This document shows positions 19,808-29,776 of a stretch of DNA of 64,000 bases, piece by piece. Location of the stretch: the NCBI GenBank assembly GCA_046346965.1, contig JAXMHB010000003.1:228778-292777 (forward strand), given 5' to 3'. The notes beneath the pieces are model-generated. The model saw only the letters and a list, made by a program, of their open reading frames with translations, was not told the origin of the DNA and did not search any database. Both the position numbers and the translations under genes were made by a program. Numbering within the stretch: the first letter of the stretch is position 1; every line of letters starts with the position of its first letter. The DNA comes from Lysobacterales bacterium (GTDB lineage Bacteria; Pseudomonadota; Gammaproteobacteria; Xanthomonadales; SZUA-5).

Positions 19808-20647
19808 GTGAGCATGCCCGCCGCCAGCGACTGGTTCCGGGCCGCCTGCCAGCGCGAACTGGAGCGGGCGCACGCGCTACTGGCCGACCCGGCGGCGGAC
19901 CGCAATGCGGCCGTGCACGAGGGCCGCAAATCGCTGCGCCGCGTGCGCGCCTGGCTGCGCCTGCTGGAACGGCCGCGCCGCGAGGCTTTGCACGCGGTGG
20001 ACCAGTCGATCCGCTCGCTGCGACGCACCATCGGACCACTGCGCGATGCTGCCTCGCGCATCGAAGCGCTGGATCGCCTGCGCCAGCGCAAAGCCCTGCG
20101 CCCTGCCCGCACGCTGCTGGCACGCGCGCGCCGGCAGTTGGCCAAGGATCTGGCGCAGCGTTGGGCGGCCAAGCCGATCGACGGCGGCGCCTGGACGCGC
20201 TTGCTCGGCGCGCTGGCGCAACTGGCAGCCGACGTCACCGGCTGGCCGCTGGACGGACTCAGCGAGGCCGAACTGCGCCTCGGCCTGCGGCGCGCGTTTT
20301 TGCGCGCCTGCCGCGAACGCAAGCTGTGCGCTGGCCGTCAGGCTGCCGTCGTGCGTCACGCCTGGCGGGGCAAGGTGCGCATCGTCTTGCTGCAGGGCCA
20401 GTTGCTCGCCAGTTGCGGCAGCGTACCGGGCCTCGACGCCTTGAAGCGACTGGCGCAGAGCCTGGGCAATGAGAACGACCTCGCCCAGGTGTCGCGCGTG
20501 CTTGGCCGGATCGGCTTGAGCGATGCGACGCGGCTGTCGATGCGTCGACTGGTGCAGCAGCAACGCCGGCTGCTCGCCCAGCGCAATGACCAGCGCGCCG
20601 AATCCCTGTTGCGACCGCGATTGCTGCCGAGCTGGCAGCTCGGCTGA
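19808..20647 (+). CDS. CHAD-domain protein
   Basis: Alpha-helical, with conserved HExRKxLRRVRAWLRL-type CHAD motifs. Confidence 0.6.
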   Translation: MSMPAASDWFRAACQRELERAHALLADPAADRNAAVHEGRKSLRRVRAWLRLLERPRREALHAVDQSIRSLRRTIGPLRDAASRIEALDRLRQRKALRPARTLLARARRQLAKDLAQRWAAKPIDGGAWTRLLGALAQLAADVTGWPLDGLSEAELRLGLRRAFLRACRERKLCAGRQAAVVRHAWRGKVRIVLLQGQLLASCGSVPGLDALKRLAQSLGNENDLAQVSRVLGRIGLSDATRLSMRRLVQQQRRLLAQRNDQRAESLLRPRLLPSWQLG

Positions 20648-20677
20648 GTGCCTGGAAGGAAGAGCGGGACGAACAAC

Positions 20678-20720
20678 AGCGGGGCGGGGGTCAGGGGGCG
20701 GGGGACCGGCATTGTCGCCT
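20678..20720 (+). repeat. Dispersed repeat element, copy 3 (truncated, 5' G4 part only). G-runs at 20682-20705
   Basis: CAGCGGGGCGGGGGTCAGGGGGCGGGGGACCGGCATTG matches copies 1 and 2. Confidence 0.7.
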
Positions 20721-20731
20721 TTGCGTGGCTG

Positions 20732-20873
20732 GTCCCGAGTCCCGAGTCCCGAGTCCCGAGTCCCGAGTCCCGAGTCCCGAGTCCCGAGTCCCGAGTCCCG
20801 AGTCCCGAGTCCCAGTCCCAAGTCCCAGTCCCGGGTCCCGAGTCCCGGGTCCCGGGTCCCGAGCCCAGGGTCC
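20732..20873. repeat. Heptanucleotide microsatellite (GAGTCCC)n. Ten perfect units at 20739-20808, flanked by degenerate units
   Basis: Read directly in the sequence. Lies about 110 bp upstream of the Grx-fusion gene start. Confidence 0.85.
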
Positions 20874-20983
20874 CGCCCTTTCACCCACCCGGCCAGCGCT
20901 TCCTTAACACCTCGGTCACGCGCAGTCGCGGCGGCGGCGCTATCCTGATGCGATTGCTTGCTGATCTCAAAAGGATGCTGACC

Positions 20984-21901
20984 ATGACCGATGCCACCCG
21001 CGCACGGATCGAGAAACTGCTCTCCGAGCATCGCGTCGTCCTGTTCATGAAGGGCACCCGTCACGCGCCGCGCTGCGGCTTTTCCGCCACCGCTGCGGGC
21101 ATCCTGAACGATCTGCTGGAGGACTACGCCAGCGTGGACGTGCTCGCCGACGAGGCCATCCGTCAGGGCATCAAGGACTACGGCAACTGGCCGACGATCC
21201 CGCAGCTGTACGTCGATCAGGAGCTGATCGGCGGCTCGGACATCATCAGCGGCATGCACAACTCGGGCGAGTTGCACGATCTGCTCGGCGTGCCGCGCCC
21301 GGATCGCTCGGCGCCCAGCATCGAGATCACGCCCGCCGCCGCCGAGGCCATTCGCAACGGCATGGCCGACGAGCCCGGCATGGCGCTGCATCTGTCCATC
21401 GACGGCCGCTGGCAGGCGCAGTTCATGCTCAAACCGGCGCAGGGCCACGAGATCCGCGCCGAGAGCCAGGGCATCGCCGTGCTGATGGATCTGGCAACCG
21501 CCCAGAAGGCGCGCGGCATGCGGGTGGACTGGGTCGACGACGTGCGCGGCAGCGGGCTGACGATTCAGCTGCCCGAAGCGCCGGCCGGCGTGCAGCCGCT
21601 CAGCGTGGAGCAACTGGCCGAGCGCCTGCGCGCGGGCACGATCACCGTGATCGATGTGCGCCCGGAAGCCGATCGCGCCCGCGCTCCCTTCGTCGCGGCG
21701 CGGGTGCTCGACACGGCGCTGATGCAGGAAGCCGCGCAGTGGCCCAAAGACCGTCCGCTGGCTTTTTTGTGCCACTACGGCAATTCCTCGCGCCAGGCCG
21801 CCGAGCGCTTCCGTGGCCTCGGTTTTCGCCAGATCTACAACGTCGATGGCGGGATCGACGCGTGGTCGCAGCGCGTGGACCCCAGCATTGCCCGTTACTG
21901 A
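20984..21901 (+). CDS. Monothiol glutaredoxin (Grx4/GrxD-type, CGFS) fused to an IscA/HesB-like domain lacking the Cys ligands and a C-terminal rhodanese domain
   Basis: KGTRHAPRCGFS and WPTIPQLYVDQELIGG in the Grx domain. The middle segment ITPAAAEAIRNG...LHLSIDG is IscA-like. The rhodanese domain has active-site Cys in CHYGNSS. Start chosen by alignment to GrxD. The track ORF extends upstream into the repeats. Confidence 0.75.
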   Translation: MTDATRARIEKLLSEHRVVLFMKGTRHAPRCGFSATAAGILNDLLEDYASVDVLADEAIRQGIKDYGNWPTIPQLYVDQELIGGSDIISGMHNSGELHDLLGVPRPDRSAPSIEITPAAAEAIRNGMADEPGMALHLSIDGRWQAQFMLKPAQGHEIRAESQGIAVLMDLATAQKARGMRVDWVDDVRGSGLTIQLPEAPAGVQPLSVEQLAERLRAGTITVIDVRPEADRARAPFVAARVLDTALMQEAAQWPKDRPLAFLCHYGNSSRQAAERFRGLGFRQIYNVDGGIDAWSQRVDPSIARY

Positions 21902-22019
21902 GGGAATTCCCGTTATTTCACACGGGGCGTGCTTGCATTGCTTTTTGAACTAGAGCACGCTTTTAGCAAGTTACGCGAGAAAGATCAGCTAAGTCATCGA
22001 CAGAACGGGAGGTTCGACG

Positions 22020-22325
22020 ATGCGTGCGCGCTTTGTGTGGATGCTGGGCATGATGCTCGCCTTAAGCGCCTGTGGTGGCGGCGCGGACCCTGGGACCAGT
22101 CTGTGTGCGGCCGAGGCGAAGACCCGGATGGGCGATCAGGTGTTCCGCCTGGACGAGAGTCTGCTGACCAAGGAAACGCAGCCGGACGGCAATCTCAAGT
22201 ACCGCGGCGAGGTCAAACTCAATCCCGGCACGCCGCGCGAGACCACCCAGACCTTCGATTGCATGGTGGCGCCCGCCAGCGGCAACACACCGGCGCGCGT
22301 GATCAACTTCCAGTTCAACTGGTAA
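22020..22325 (+). CDS. Small lipoprotein (hypothetical)
   Basis: Signal peptide plus lipobox LALSAC. Confidence 0.6.
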   Translation: MRARFVWMLGMMLALSACGGGADPGTSLCAAEAKTRMGDQVFRLDESLLTKETQPDGNLKYRGEVKLNPGTPRETTQTFDCMVAPASGNTPARVINFQFNW

Positions 22326-22411
22326 GGCCTTTCCCGGTCGCTTGACCGGAGTCAACATGCGTCCCCGGGACGCGCGCTATTGCAGGGCTTCCGCCGCAAC
22401 CGGAAGCCCTG

Positions 22412-23539
22412 ATGCCTAACCGCCTCCCCAAAGCCGACCGCCAGCGCGCCAAAGTGCGCCTGGTGCAGCGCGGCGACACCGTGCCCAGCCTGGTACCGCG
22501 TGCGCTGGAACAGCATGTCTCCCAGGAAGTGGGTGCAGCAGCCCAAAGCCAGCTGGGATCCGCGGCACTCAGCTTGCTGGACGCGGCCTCCGGCAGTGCC
22601 GCTGATCGCGCCCGCCAGCTGCGCGCCTTGTTGGAAGGAGCCTCGGAGGACGATCGAGCCGCGCTGCGTGCGGCTCTGCTGGGCGGCGAGCCGACGGAAG
22701 ATCAGGCCGGCAATCCGGACGAAGTGCTGGCCAGCGACTGGCGCGATGGTGGCTACCCCTATCGCTATCTGTTGCGCCGATCGAGCTACGAGAAGCAGAA
22801 GTTCAAGCTGCAGGTCGAGTTGCTGAAGCTGCAAGCTTGGGTCAAAGACACCGGGCAGCGCGTGGTGATCCTGTTCGAGGGGCGCGACGCTGCCGGCAAG
22901 GGCGGCACCATCAAGCGCTTCATGGAGCACCTGAATCCGCGCGGCGCACGCGTCGTCGCGCTCGAAAAGCCGAGCGAGATTGAACGCGGCCAGTGGTACT
23001 TCCAGCGCTTCATTTCGCATCTGCCGACTGCCGGCGAGATCGTGCTGTTCGACCGCTCCTGGTACAACCGCGCCGGGGTCGAGCGCGTCATGGGCTTCTG
23101 CAGCGAGCGCGAATACGCCGACTTCATGCGCCAGGCACCGGAGTTCGAGCGCCACCTCGTCCACAGCGGCGTGCATCTGATCAAGTTCTGGTTCAGCGTC
23201 AGCCGCCCGGAGCAGCGCCGCCGCTTCCGCGAGCGCGAAGCACATCCGCTGAAGCAATGGAAACTGAGCCCGATCGACCTCGCTTCGCTGGACAAATGGG
23301 AGGACTACACGCGCGCCAAGGAGGCGATGTTCTTTGAAACCGACACCGCGGACGCGCCGTGGACGGTGGTCAAGAGCGACTGCAAGAAGCGCGCACGCCT
23401 GAACGCGATGCGCTACGTGCTGCACACCTTGCCGTATCACAACAAGGATGCCGCGCAGATCGGCAAGCTCGACCGCCTGATCGTTGGTCGCGCCCATGTG
23501 GTCTATGAACGCGGCGAGCGGCCGGCGACGGTTTTGTAG
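22412..23539 (+). CDS. ppk2: Polyphosphate kinase 2 (PPK2 family) with an N-terminal extension of about 100 aa
   Basis: PPK2 Walker A FEGRDAAGKGGTIK and lid motifs. Domain length about 270 aa. Confidence 0.9.
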   Translation: MPNRLPKADRQRAKVRLVQRGDTVPSLVPRALEQHVSQEVGAAAQSQLGSAALSLLDAASGSAADRARQLRALLEGASEDDRAALRAALLGGEPTEDQAGNPDEVLASDWRDGGYPYRYLLRRSSYEKQKFKLQVELLKLQAWVKDTGQRVVILFEGRDAAGKGGTIKRFMEHLNPRGARVVALEKPSEIERGQWYFQRFISHLPTAGEIVLFDRSWYNRAGVERVMGFCSEREYADFMRQAPEFERHLVHSGVHLIKFWFSVSRPEQRRRFREREAHPLKQWKLSPIDLASLDKWEDYTRAKEAMFFETDTADAPWTVVKSDCKKRARLNAMRYVLHTLPYHNKDAAQIGKLDRLIVGRAHVVYERGERPATVL

Positions 23540-23557
23540 GGCGCAAAGAGCCAGAGC

Positions 23558-23623
23558 AGGCGCCGGGGCCGGCGCCCTCCGAAGGCGATCTCATGCAAGA
23601 CGAGGCGCCGGGGGCCGGCGCCC
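23558..23623. terminator. Two tandem GC-palindromic hairpins (GGCGCCGG-gg-CCGGCGCC at 23558-23578 and a copy with a ggg loop at 23603-23623) between convergent genes
   Basis: Inverted repeats read directly, between the PPK2 stop and the LysR stop. Confidence 0.55.
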
Positions 23624-23636
23624 TCCGTGGGCTCGG

Positions 23637-24623
23637 CTAGCAGGCGGCGACCGGCGCAGCCGTGCCGCTCTGGTACCACGGCGGCAGCGGGAAGCGTGGC
23701 TCCTCGGTCCCGGCGATAACGCGCCGCAGCGCGCGCAGGTCCAGGCCTTCGGAGATCAGCGCCAGCAGGTCCAGCGTGTAGTCCCGCGGCAAGCGGTTGG
23801 CCGGCAGCAGGGCGTAGGTCGTGCAGGCTGGAATGGCGGCTTCCAGCGCAACCGCGCACAGGCTGGGCGGCAGCGACGGTACGCACATCTCGGCGACGAT
23901 GCCGATCCCAAGCCCACTCTCGACGTAGGTGGCGATGACGCCGGCGTCGCCGGCGGTGAGCGCGTACTCGGGGTGCAAGCCGCGGCTGGCAAAAGCTGCC
24001 GCCAGCGAGGAACCCGGGCGCGTCGTCGAGGCGTAGGCCAGCAAAGGATGCTGCGCCAGATCGTCCAAGCGCAGTTCCTCGCGGCCTGCCAGCGGATGCG
24101 TCGCCGGCAGGATGGCTACCCGCCGCCAGCGGAACAGCGGCACCGCCAATCCGCCCGCCGGCGCTTCGCCGCCGCTGCTGGCGAGGGCGACATCGGCGTG
24201 ACCCTTGGCCAGCGTCTCGGTGATGTGGATCGGGTCGCTGGCCTGGATACCGACGCGCACCTTGGGATAGCGCTGGCGCAGCGCCGACACCGCCTGCGGC
24301 AGCACGAAGCGCGCCAGCGTCTGCGTGCAGATCAGCGTCAGATCGCCGCTGGCTTCGCCGCGTGCATTCGCTGCCAGCGCCCGAATGCTGCGCGCCTCAT
24401 CGACGATCCGACGCGCGCGCTCGGCGACCTCGCTGCCGAGTTCGGTCAATCCGGTCAGACGCTTGCCGTAGCGCGTCAACAGCGCAAAACCGAGTTCGTC
24501 CTCAAGGGCGCGCAATTGCTTGGACAAGCCGGGCTGGGTGGCATGCACCCGCTCGGCGGCGACGGTCAGATTGAGTCCGGCGTCGACCACCGCGATCAGA
24601 TACCGCATTTGCGCCAGCGTCAT
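23637..24623 (-). CDS. LysR-family transcriptional regulator (CysB/Cbl-like)
   Basis: N-terminal HTH MTLAQMRYLIAVVD...TQPGLSKQLRALEDELG aligns with CysB. Confidence 0.85.
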   Translation of the reverse strand: MTLAQMRYLIAVVDAGLNLTVAAERVHATQPGLSKQLRALEDELGFALLTRYGKRLTGLTELGSEVAERARRIVDEARSIRALAANARGEASGDLTLICTQTLARFVLPQAVSALRQRYPKVRVGIQASDPIHITETLAKGHADVALASSGGEAPAGGLAVPLFRWRRVAILPATHPLAGREELRLDDLAQHPLLAYASTTRPGSSLAAAFASRGLHPEYALTAGDAGVIATYVESGLGIGIVAEMCVPSLPPSLCAVALEAAIPACTTYALLPANRLPRDYTLDLLALISEGLDLRALRRVIAGTEEPRFPLPPWYQSGTAAPVAAC

Positions 24624-24690
24624 GAATCCGCGCCCTATTGAGACGTCCGGAAGTCTAGACGTCCATTCTCGTAGCCCGCAAGCCAGGCCC

Positions 24691-25431
24691 TCAGCGGCGC
24701 CAGATCAGCGTCGCCATGCGTCCGCTCGCGGCGCCGTCGCGCCGATGCGAATGAAAGCGCACCGCGTCGCGCAGCGTGCAGTACTGACCACCAGCGATGC
24801 GGTCGATGCCAAGCGCACGCAGGCGCCGACGCGCCAGTGCGTAGAGGTCGGCGTGCCAGCGATCCGCGCGTCCGTGCGCGAAGCAGTCCGCGGCGCCGGC
24901 ATCCGCTGTCAGCAGCGCCGCACGCACTTCCGGGCCGATCTCGTAGGCCTCGGGTCCGATCGCCGGCCCCAGCCACACTTGCAGATCAGCGCTTCCAGCC
25001 AGCGCGTGCACGCTGGCCTCGATGACACCAGCCGCCAGCCCGCGCCAGCCGGCGTGCACGGCGGCATAGGCGGCGCCGTCGCTGCTGGCGATCAACAGCG
25101 GCAGGCAATCCGCCGTCAGCACCACCGCTGGCGCCGGTCCGCGGCGCAGCACGCAGGCGTCGGCGACGATCTCCCCGGCGTGCACGGCATCGCCGTCGGC
25201 AACCTCAACCCCGTGCACCTGACGCAACCAGCAGGGAGGCGCCGGCAGCGCCAGCGCGGTCGCCAGTGCGGCGCGATTGTGTGCCACGTGCTCCGGCCGA
25301 TCTCCACAGTGCGCCCCGAAATTGCCGGGGCCGTGGCCGTCCAGCGACACGCCGGGAAAACTGCGCAGCGCAGTGCCGCCACGCAATCCGGCCGGCAGCC
25401 CTTCGGCCTCCAGCCAGCCCGCCTCAACCAT
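24691..25431 (-). CDS. pgeF: YfiH/PgeF family protein (DUF152; purine nucleoside phosphorylase / peptidoglycan-editing factor)
   Basis: Conserved RxGGxSxxP, NLGxHVGD-like and WLxQVHG motifs. Overlaps the rluD stop, as in the E. coli rluD-yfiH operon. Confidence 0.85.
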   Translation of the reverse strand: MVEAGWLEAEGLPAGLRGGTALRSFPGVSLDGHGPGNFGAHCGDRPEHVAHNRAALATALALPAPPCWLRQVHGVEVADGDAVHAGEIVADACVLRRGPAPAVVLTADCLPLLIASSDGAAYAAVHAGWRGLAAGVIEASVHALAGSADLQVWLGPAIGPEAYEIGPEVRAALLTADAGAADCFAHGRADRWHADLYALARRRLRALGIDRIAGGQYCTLRDAVRFHSHRRDGAASGRMATLIWRR

Positions 25432-26362
25432 CACGCAGCACCGCCAGCAGCGCGCGCAGATCCTGCGGAATCGGCGCACTGACGCGCACTTCCTCGCCGT
25501 TGTCTGGATGCGCAAACGCCAGCGTCTCGGCGTGCAGCGCTTGCCGCTTGAACTGTCGCAGCGCGTCTTTCAGGGTGTCGCTGGCGCCGGCCGGCATGCG
25601 CAACGATCCGCCATAGAGTGGATCACCGACGATCGGCCAGCGCAGATGCGCCATGTGCACACGGATCTGGTGCGTGCGCCCGGTTTCCAGCGCCACCCGC
25701 AGCAGCGTGTGCGCGGCATAGCGCTCGACCACCCGATAGTGGCTGACCGCCGGCTTGCCGGACTCGACCACCGCCATGCGCAGGCGATCAGTGGGATGCC
25801 GGCCTATCGGCGCATCGACGGTGCCGCCAGCGATGACCTTGCCGAACACCACCGCCAGATACTCGCGATGGATCTCGCGACGCGCCATCGCTTTGGTCAG
25901 TGTGTGGTGCGCCTCCAGCGTGCGCGCGACCACCAGCGCCCCGCTGGTGTCCTTGTCGAGGCGATGGATGACGCCGGCGCGCGGCAACGCTGCCAGCGCC
26001 GGATCGCGATGCAGCAGGGCATTGACCAGCGTGCCGGTGCGATTGCCCGCCCCCGGATGCACCACCAGTCCGGGCGGCTTGTTGACGACAAAGAAAGCCG
26101 GATCCTCGGCGAGCAGATCGAGCGCGATGTCCTCCGGCGCGTCAGCGAGCACCACCTCGAGTTCGGCCTCCAACTCCACCGTCTCGCCGCCGACCACGGC
26201 ATCGCGCGGACGCGGCTGTTTGCCATCCACACGCGCCTTGCCGTCCTTGATCCAGGCGGTCAGCTTGGAGCGCGAGAATTGCGGAAAGGTCTGCGCCAGC
26301 GCGGCGTCGAAACGCAGGCCAGCCGCGGACAGCGGAATTGCAGCGGTCAAAATCTGGGGCAT
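25424..26362 (-). CDS. rluD: 23S rRNA pseudouridine synthase RluD
   Basis: S4 domain plus RluA-family catalytic motif HRLDKDTSG. Start [10 protein letters not shown]. The track ORF is over-extended. Confidence 0.9.
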   Translation of the reverse strand: MPQILTAAIPLSAAGLRFDAALAQTFPQFSRSKLTAWIKDGKARVDGKQPRPRDAVVGGETVELEAELEVVLADAPEDIALDLLAEDPAFFVVNKPPGLVVHPGAGNRTGTLVNALLHRDPALAALPRAGVIHRLDKDTSGALVVARTLEAHHTLTKAMARREIHREYLAVVFGKVIAGGTVDAPIGRHPTDRLRMAVVESGKPAVSHYRVVERYAAHTLLRVALETGRTHQIRVHMAHLRWPIVGDPLYGGSLRMPAGASDTLKDALRQFKRQALHAETLAFAHPDNGEEVRVSAPIPQDLRALLAVLRDG

Positions 26363-26464
26363 CGTAGGCTCATCAAGCGCGGCTGAACCGCATGACCGGC
26401 GCAACAGACAGCGCCGCCGGCCCGGTAGGCTATCATCGCCGGCCTTGCTTGCCGGAAATGGGCT

Positions 26465-27280
26465 ATGAGGCTGACTGTGCAGAAGCTGACGCGTGCGCTG
26501 GTGGTGCTGTTGACTGTGCTGATGCTGGCGGCCTGCGGCGGCAAGGGGGTGGAGGAAGAAACTGAAACTCTGCCGGTGGATCAGATGTACTCCGAGGCCA
26601 AGTCCTCGATGGACAGCGGCAACTTCGAGCGTGCCGTGCGCTACTACAAGCGCCTGGTCTCGCGTTTCCCCTTCGGTGACTATGCCGAACAGGCGCAGCT
26701 GGACCTGGCCTACTCGCAGTACAAGCGCAATGAGTACGACGACGCCATCTCCACGGTCAATCGCTTCATCAAGACCTACCCGGCGCACCCCAAGATCGAC
26801 TACGCCTACTACCTGCGCGGCCTGGTGAACTTCGACCGCAACCGCAGCTACATCGATCGCATCCTGCCGAGCCAGGCCGGCAATCGTGACACCGAGGCGG
26901 CGCGCCAGTCCTTCAACGACTTTTCCGAAATGCTGCGGCGCTATCCGCAGAGCCGCTATGCCGCCGATGCGCGGCAGCGCATGGTGTATTTGAAGAACGA
27001 TCTCGCCAACTACGAACTGACCATCGCGCGCTACTACTTCCGTCGCGGCGCTTGCGTGGGCGCGGCCAATCGCGCCAAGTACATCCTCGAGAACTACCAG
27101 CAGTCCGAGCAGATCCCGGATGCGCTGGCGATCCTGGTGCAGAGCTACGACGCCCTCGGGCAGCCCGAACTGGCCGCCGACGCCAAACGCGTGCTGGTCG
27201 CCAACGCCCCGGATCATCCTTACCTCACCGGCGTGCGCGAGAACGAGCGCCACTGGTGGAACTGGGTGTGGCCCTTCTAA
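26465..27280 (+). CDS. bamD: Outer-membrane protein assembly factor BamD
   Basis: Lipobox LAAC, TPR lipoprotein and YfiO homology. Divergent from rluD as in E. coli. Confidence 0.9.
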   Translation: MRLTVQKLTRALVVLLTVLMLAACGGKGVEEETETLPVDQMYSEAKSSMDSGNFERAVRYYKRLVSRFPFGDYAEQAQLDLAYSQYKRNEYDDAISTVNRFIKTYPAHPKIDYAYYLRGLVNFDRNRSYIDRILPSQAGNRDTEAARQSFNDFSEMLRRYPQSRYAADARQRMVYLKNDLANYELTIARYYFRRGACVGAANRAKYILENYQQSEQIPDALAILVQSYDALGQPELAADAKRVLVANAPDHPYLTGVRENERHWWNWVWPF

Positions 27281-27348
27281 GCGCGGGCTGAGCACGCGCT
27301 CTCGGCAGCGCGGCCTATACTCCGGCGCACCCTCGCCGGAGATTCCGC

Positions 27349-28761
27349 ATGGACGGCAGCATTCCTGATCTGTTGACGCCGATGCTGCAGCGGCAGCGCC
27401 TGGCGCACGCGCGGCGCGTGCCGGACTACGGGCAGCGTGTCGATGACTTGAAGCGCCTGCGAGCGCTGGTGAAGCGTCGCGCCGAGGACATCGTCGCCGC
27501 CATCGCCGCCGATTTCGGTCGCCGCTCGCGCCACGAGACCTTGCTCTCGGATGTCATGACCGTGCTGCATGACATCGACTACACGCTGAGCCATCTGCGT
27601 CGCTGGATGCGCCCGAAGCGGGTGTGGACCAACTGGGAGTTCTGGCCCGCGGGCGCGCAGATCCGCTATCAGCCGGTGGGCGTCGTCGGCGTCATCTCGC
27701 CGTGGAACTACCCGGTGAATCTGGCGCTGATGCCGCTGGTGGCGGCGATCGCCGCCGGCAACCACGTGATGCTGAAGCCGTCTGAACTGACGCCACGCAC
27801 CTCGGACCTCTTGAAGTCCTTGCTGGCCGAGGTGTTTCCCGAGGAGCGCGTCGCTGTCGTGCTGGGGGGGCCGGAGGTAGCTGCGCAGTTCTCCGCCCTG
27901 CCCTTCGATCACCTGTTCTACACCGGCTCGACCCAGGTCGGGCGCCTGGTGATGCAGGCGGCGGCGCGCAATCTGACGCCGGTGACGCTGGAACTCGGCG
28001 GCAAGTCGCCGGCCATCATCGCGCCCGATTATCCGATCGCCACCGCAGCGGCGCGCCTGACCGCCGGCAAGTGGCTGAATGCGGGTCAGACCTGCATCGC
28101 GCCGGACTACGTCTTTGTGCACGAGTCACAGCGCGATGCGCTGGTGGCGGCGATCGATCGCGAGATCCGCGCGCGCTATCCCTCGCTGGCGCAAAGTCCG
28201 GATTACACCAGCGTCGCCAATGACCGCCACTATGCGCGCCTGCAGGGCCTGCTGGCCGAGGCCGAGGCTGGCGGCGCTACAGTACTGCGCATCAATCCGG
28301 CGCAAGACACGCTGGACCCGGCCACACGCGTGCTGGAACCGACGCTGGTACTGAACGCCAGCCTGGACACGCGCTTGATGCGCGAGGAGATCTTCGGGCC
28401 GATCCTGCCGATTCTGAGCTATCGCAACCTGGACGATGCGCTGGCGCATATCAATGCGCACGACCGGTCGTTGGCGCTGTACCACTTCGATCTGGATCGC
28501 CAGCGCACCGAAGACGTGCTGGAACGCACCATCGCTGGCGGCGTGTCGATCAACGATTGCGTACTGCACATTGCGCAATCGGCTCTGCCCTTCGGTGGCA
28601 TCGGCCCCTCGGGCATGGGGCATTACCACGGCCATCACGGCTTCCTGACCTTCTCCAAGCAGAAGCCGGTGTTCTATCAGGCCCGCTGGTCTTCATTCTC
28701 GCTGCTGAAGCCGCCCTACAAGGGCTTCGCCGACCGCCTGATCAAGTTCCTGACGCGCTGA
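27349..28761 (+). CDS. Aldehyde dehydrogenase (coniferyl-aldehyde dehydrogenase-like, ALDH3 family)
   Basis: Full-length ALDH homology with catalytic Cys and Glu regions. Confidence 0.85.
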   Translation: MDGSIPDLLTPMLQRQRLAHARRVPDYGQRVDDLKRLRALVKRRAEDIVAAIAADFGRRSRHETLLSDVMTVLHDIDYTLSHLRRWMRPKRVWTNWEFWPAGAQIRYQPVGVVGVISPWNYPVNLALMPLVAAIAAGNHVMLKPSELTPRTSDLLKSLLAEVFPEERVAVVLGGPEVAAQFSALPFDHLFYTGSTQVGRLVMQAAARNLTPVTLELGGKSPAIIAPDYPIATAAARLTAGKWLNAGQTCIAPDYVFVHESQRDALVAAIDREIRARYPSLAQSPDYTSVANDRHYARLQGLLAEAEAGGATVLRINPAQDTLDPATRVLEPTLVLNASLDTRLMREEIFGPILPILSYRNLDDALAHINAHDRSLALYHFDLDRQRTEDVLERTIAGGVSINDCVLHIAQSALPFGGIGPSGMGHYHGHHGFLTFSKQKPVFYQARWSSFSLLKPPYKGFADRLIKFLTR

Positions 28762-28773
28762 TCCCCACAACGC

Positions 28774-28803
28774 AAACGGGGCGACCTTGCGGCCGCCCCG
28801 TTT
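28774..28803. terminator. Hairpin AAACGGGGCG-loop-CGCCCCGTTT between convergent genes
   Basis: Inverted repeat read directly, between two convergent stop codons. Confidence 0.5.
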
Positions 28804-28825
28804 GCTACCTGCGCTGAAGTGACGA

Positions 28826-29620
28826 TCAGCTGTCGCGACGCGTCAGACTGAATCCGGCCACCGCCGCCAGCAGCAGGCCCATCAGCACCAGACCGTAACG
28901 GTCCATGGTGGGCGCTGCCACCGGGGCTGCGGTGGACGCTTGCGTGCCCCACACCTGGAACAGCAGGTCCGGCGACAAGCCGCCGCCGACGCCGCACGCG
29001 GTCTGCGGGCGGAAGCTGGTGCACGGCACGGTCGTAGCAAAACCGCCGCCCGGATTGCGCCAGACCGATTCCGATCCGGTCTGCACCGAACGATTCGACC
29101 AGAAGTGCTGGCCGTTGGTGGTGAAACTCTGGTTGGTCTGGACACTCACCCAATAGGTGCCGGCCGGCAGATTGCAGGCGGTCGGCAAGCTGATCGTGAA
29201 CGAACCCGCGCTGTCGACCGGCGTCAGCGCGTTGTAGGTGCAGCCCGCGACCGGCGCGCCCGGCAGATCCGGATCACCGCCGCCGGCCGAGTTGCTGTAG
29301 AAAACGACATCGACCGTCGCACCACCGGCGGTGCCGGTCGTGCCAACGGTACGGATCTCATCGACCAGCCAGCCGGCACCCGCCGGCACGACGAAGTCAT
29401 CGGCCGCTTCGGAATCGTAGATATCGAAGGCCGCCTCGAAATCCTGATCCGGTACGCCGTTGCTGGCGGCATTGTCGGTCTGATCGTAGAGCAACACGCT
29501 GCTACCTTCGGCGCCGCGCGGCGGCACCACACCACCCCGACCCGCCGAGGGCGTCAACGCATCGGCCGTACCGACGGCACACAGGGACCACAAAGCAAGG
29601 GACAGCGGTGTCAGGCGCAT
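28826..29620 (-). CDS. Secreted hypothetical protein with a C-terminal IPTL-CTERM-like sorting signal
   Basis: N-terminal signal peptide MRLTPLSLALWSLCAVGTADA. The C-terminus PTMDRYGLVLMGLLLAAVAGFSLTRRDS is a motif followed by a hydrophobic helix and a basic cluster, which is the IPTL-CTERM architecture. Confidence 0.6.
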   Translation of the reverse strand: MRLTPLSLALWSLCAVGTADALTPSAGRGGVVPPRGAEGSSVLLYDQTDNAASNGVPDQDFEAAFDIYDSEAADDFVVPAGAGWLVDEIRTVGTTGTAGGATVDVVFYSNSAGGGDPDLPGAPVAGCTYNALTPVDSAGSFTISLPTACNLPAGTYWVSVQTNQSFTTNGQHFWSNRSVQTGSESVWRNPGGGFATTVPCTSFRPQTACGVGGGLSPDLLFQVWGTQASTAAPVAAPTMDRYGLVLMGLLLAAVAGFSLTRRDS

Positions 29621-29776
29621 AGGAACTCCGATCAGATCAGGACCAAAACCGAACCCGGATGGTATCGAAAACAAGGCCAGAAGGAATCCCCCAAACGCAA
29701 ACTCGGCGCCGATCCCCCAGCGCCGTGACCAAGTCGACACATCGCGCGCGCAGAGCCAGCTCGGACCCGGAACCGC

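Noticed and set aside
20723-20907. 60-aa and 65-aa ORFs with (PESRV)n repeats
   Set aside because: They are translations of the (GAGTCCC)n microsatellite in different frames, not genes.
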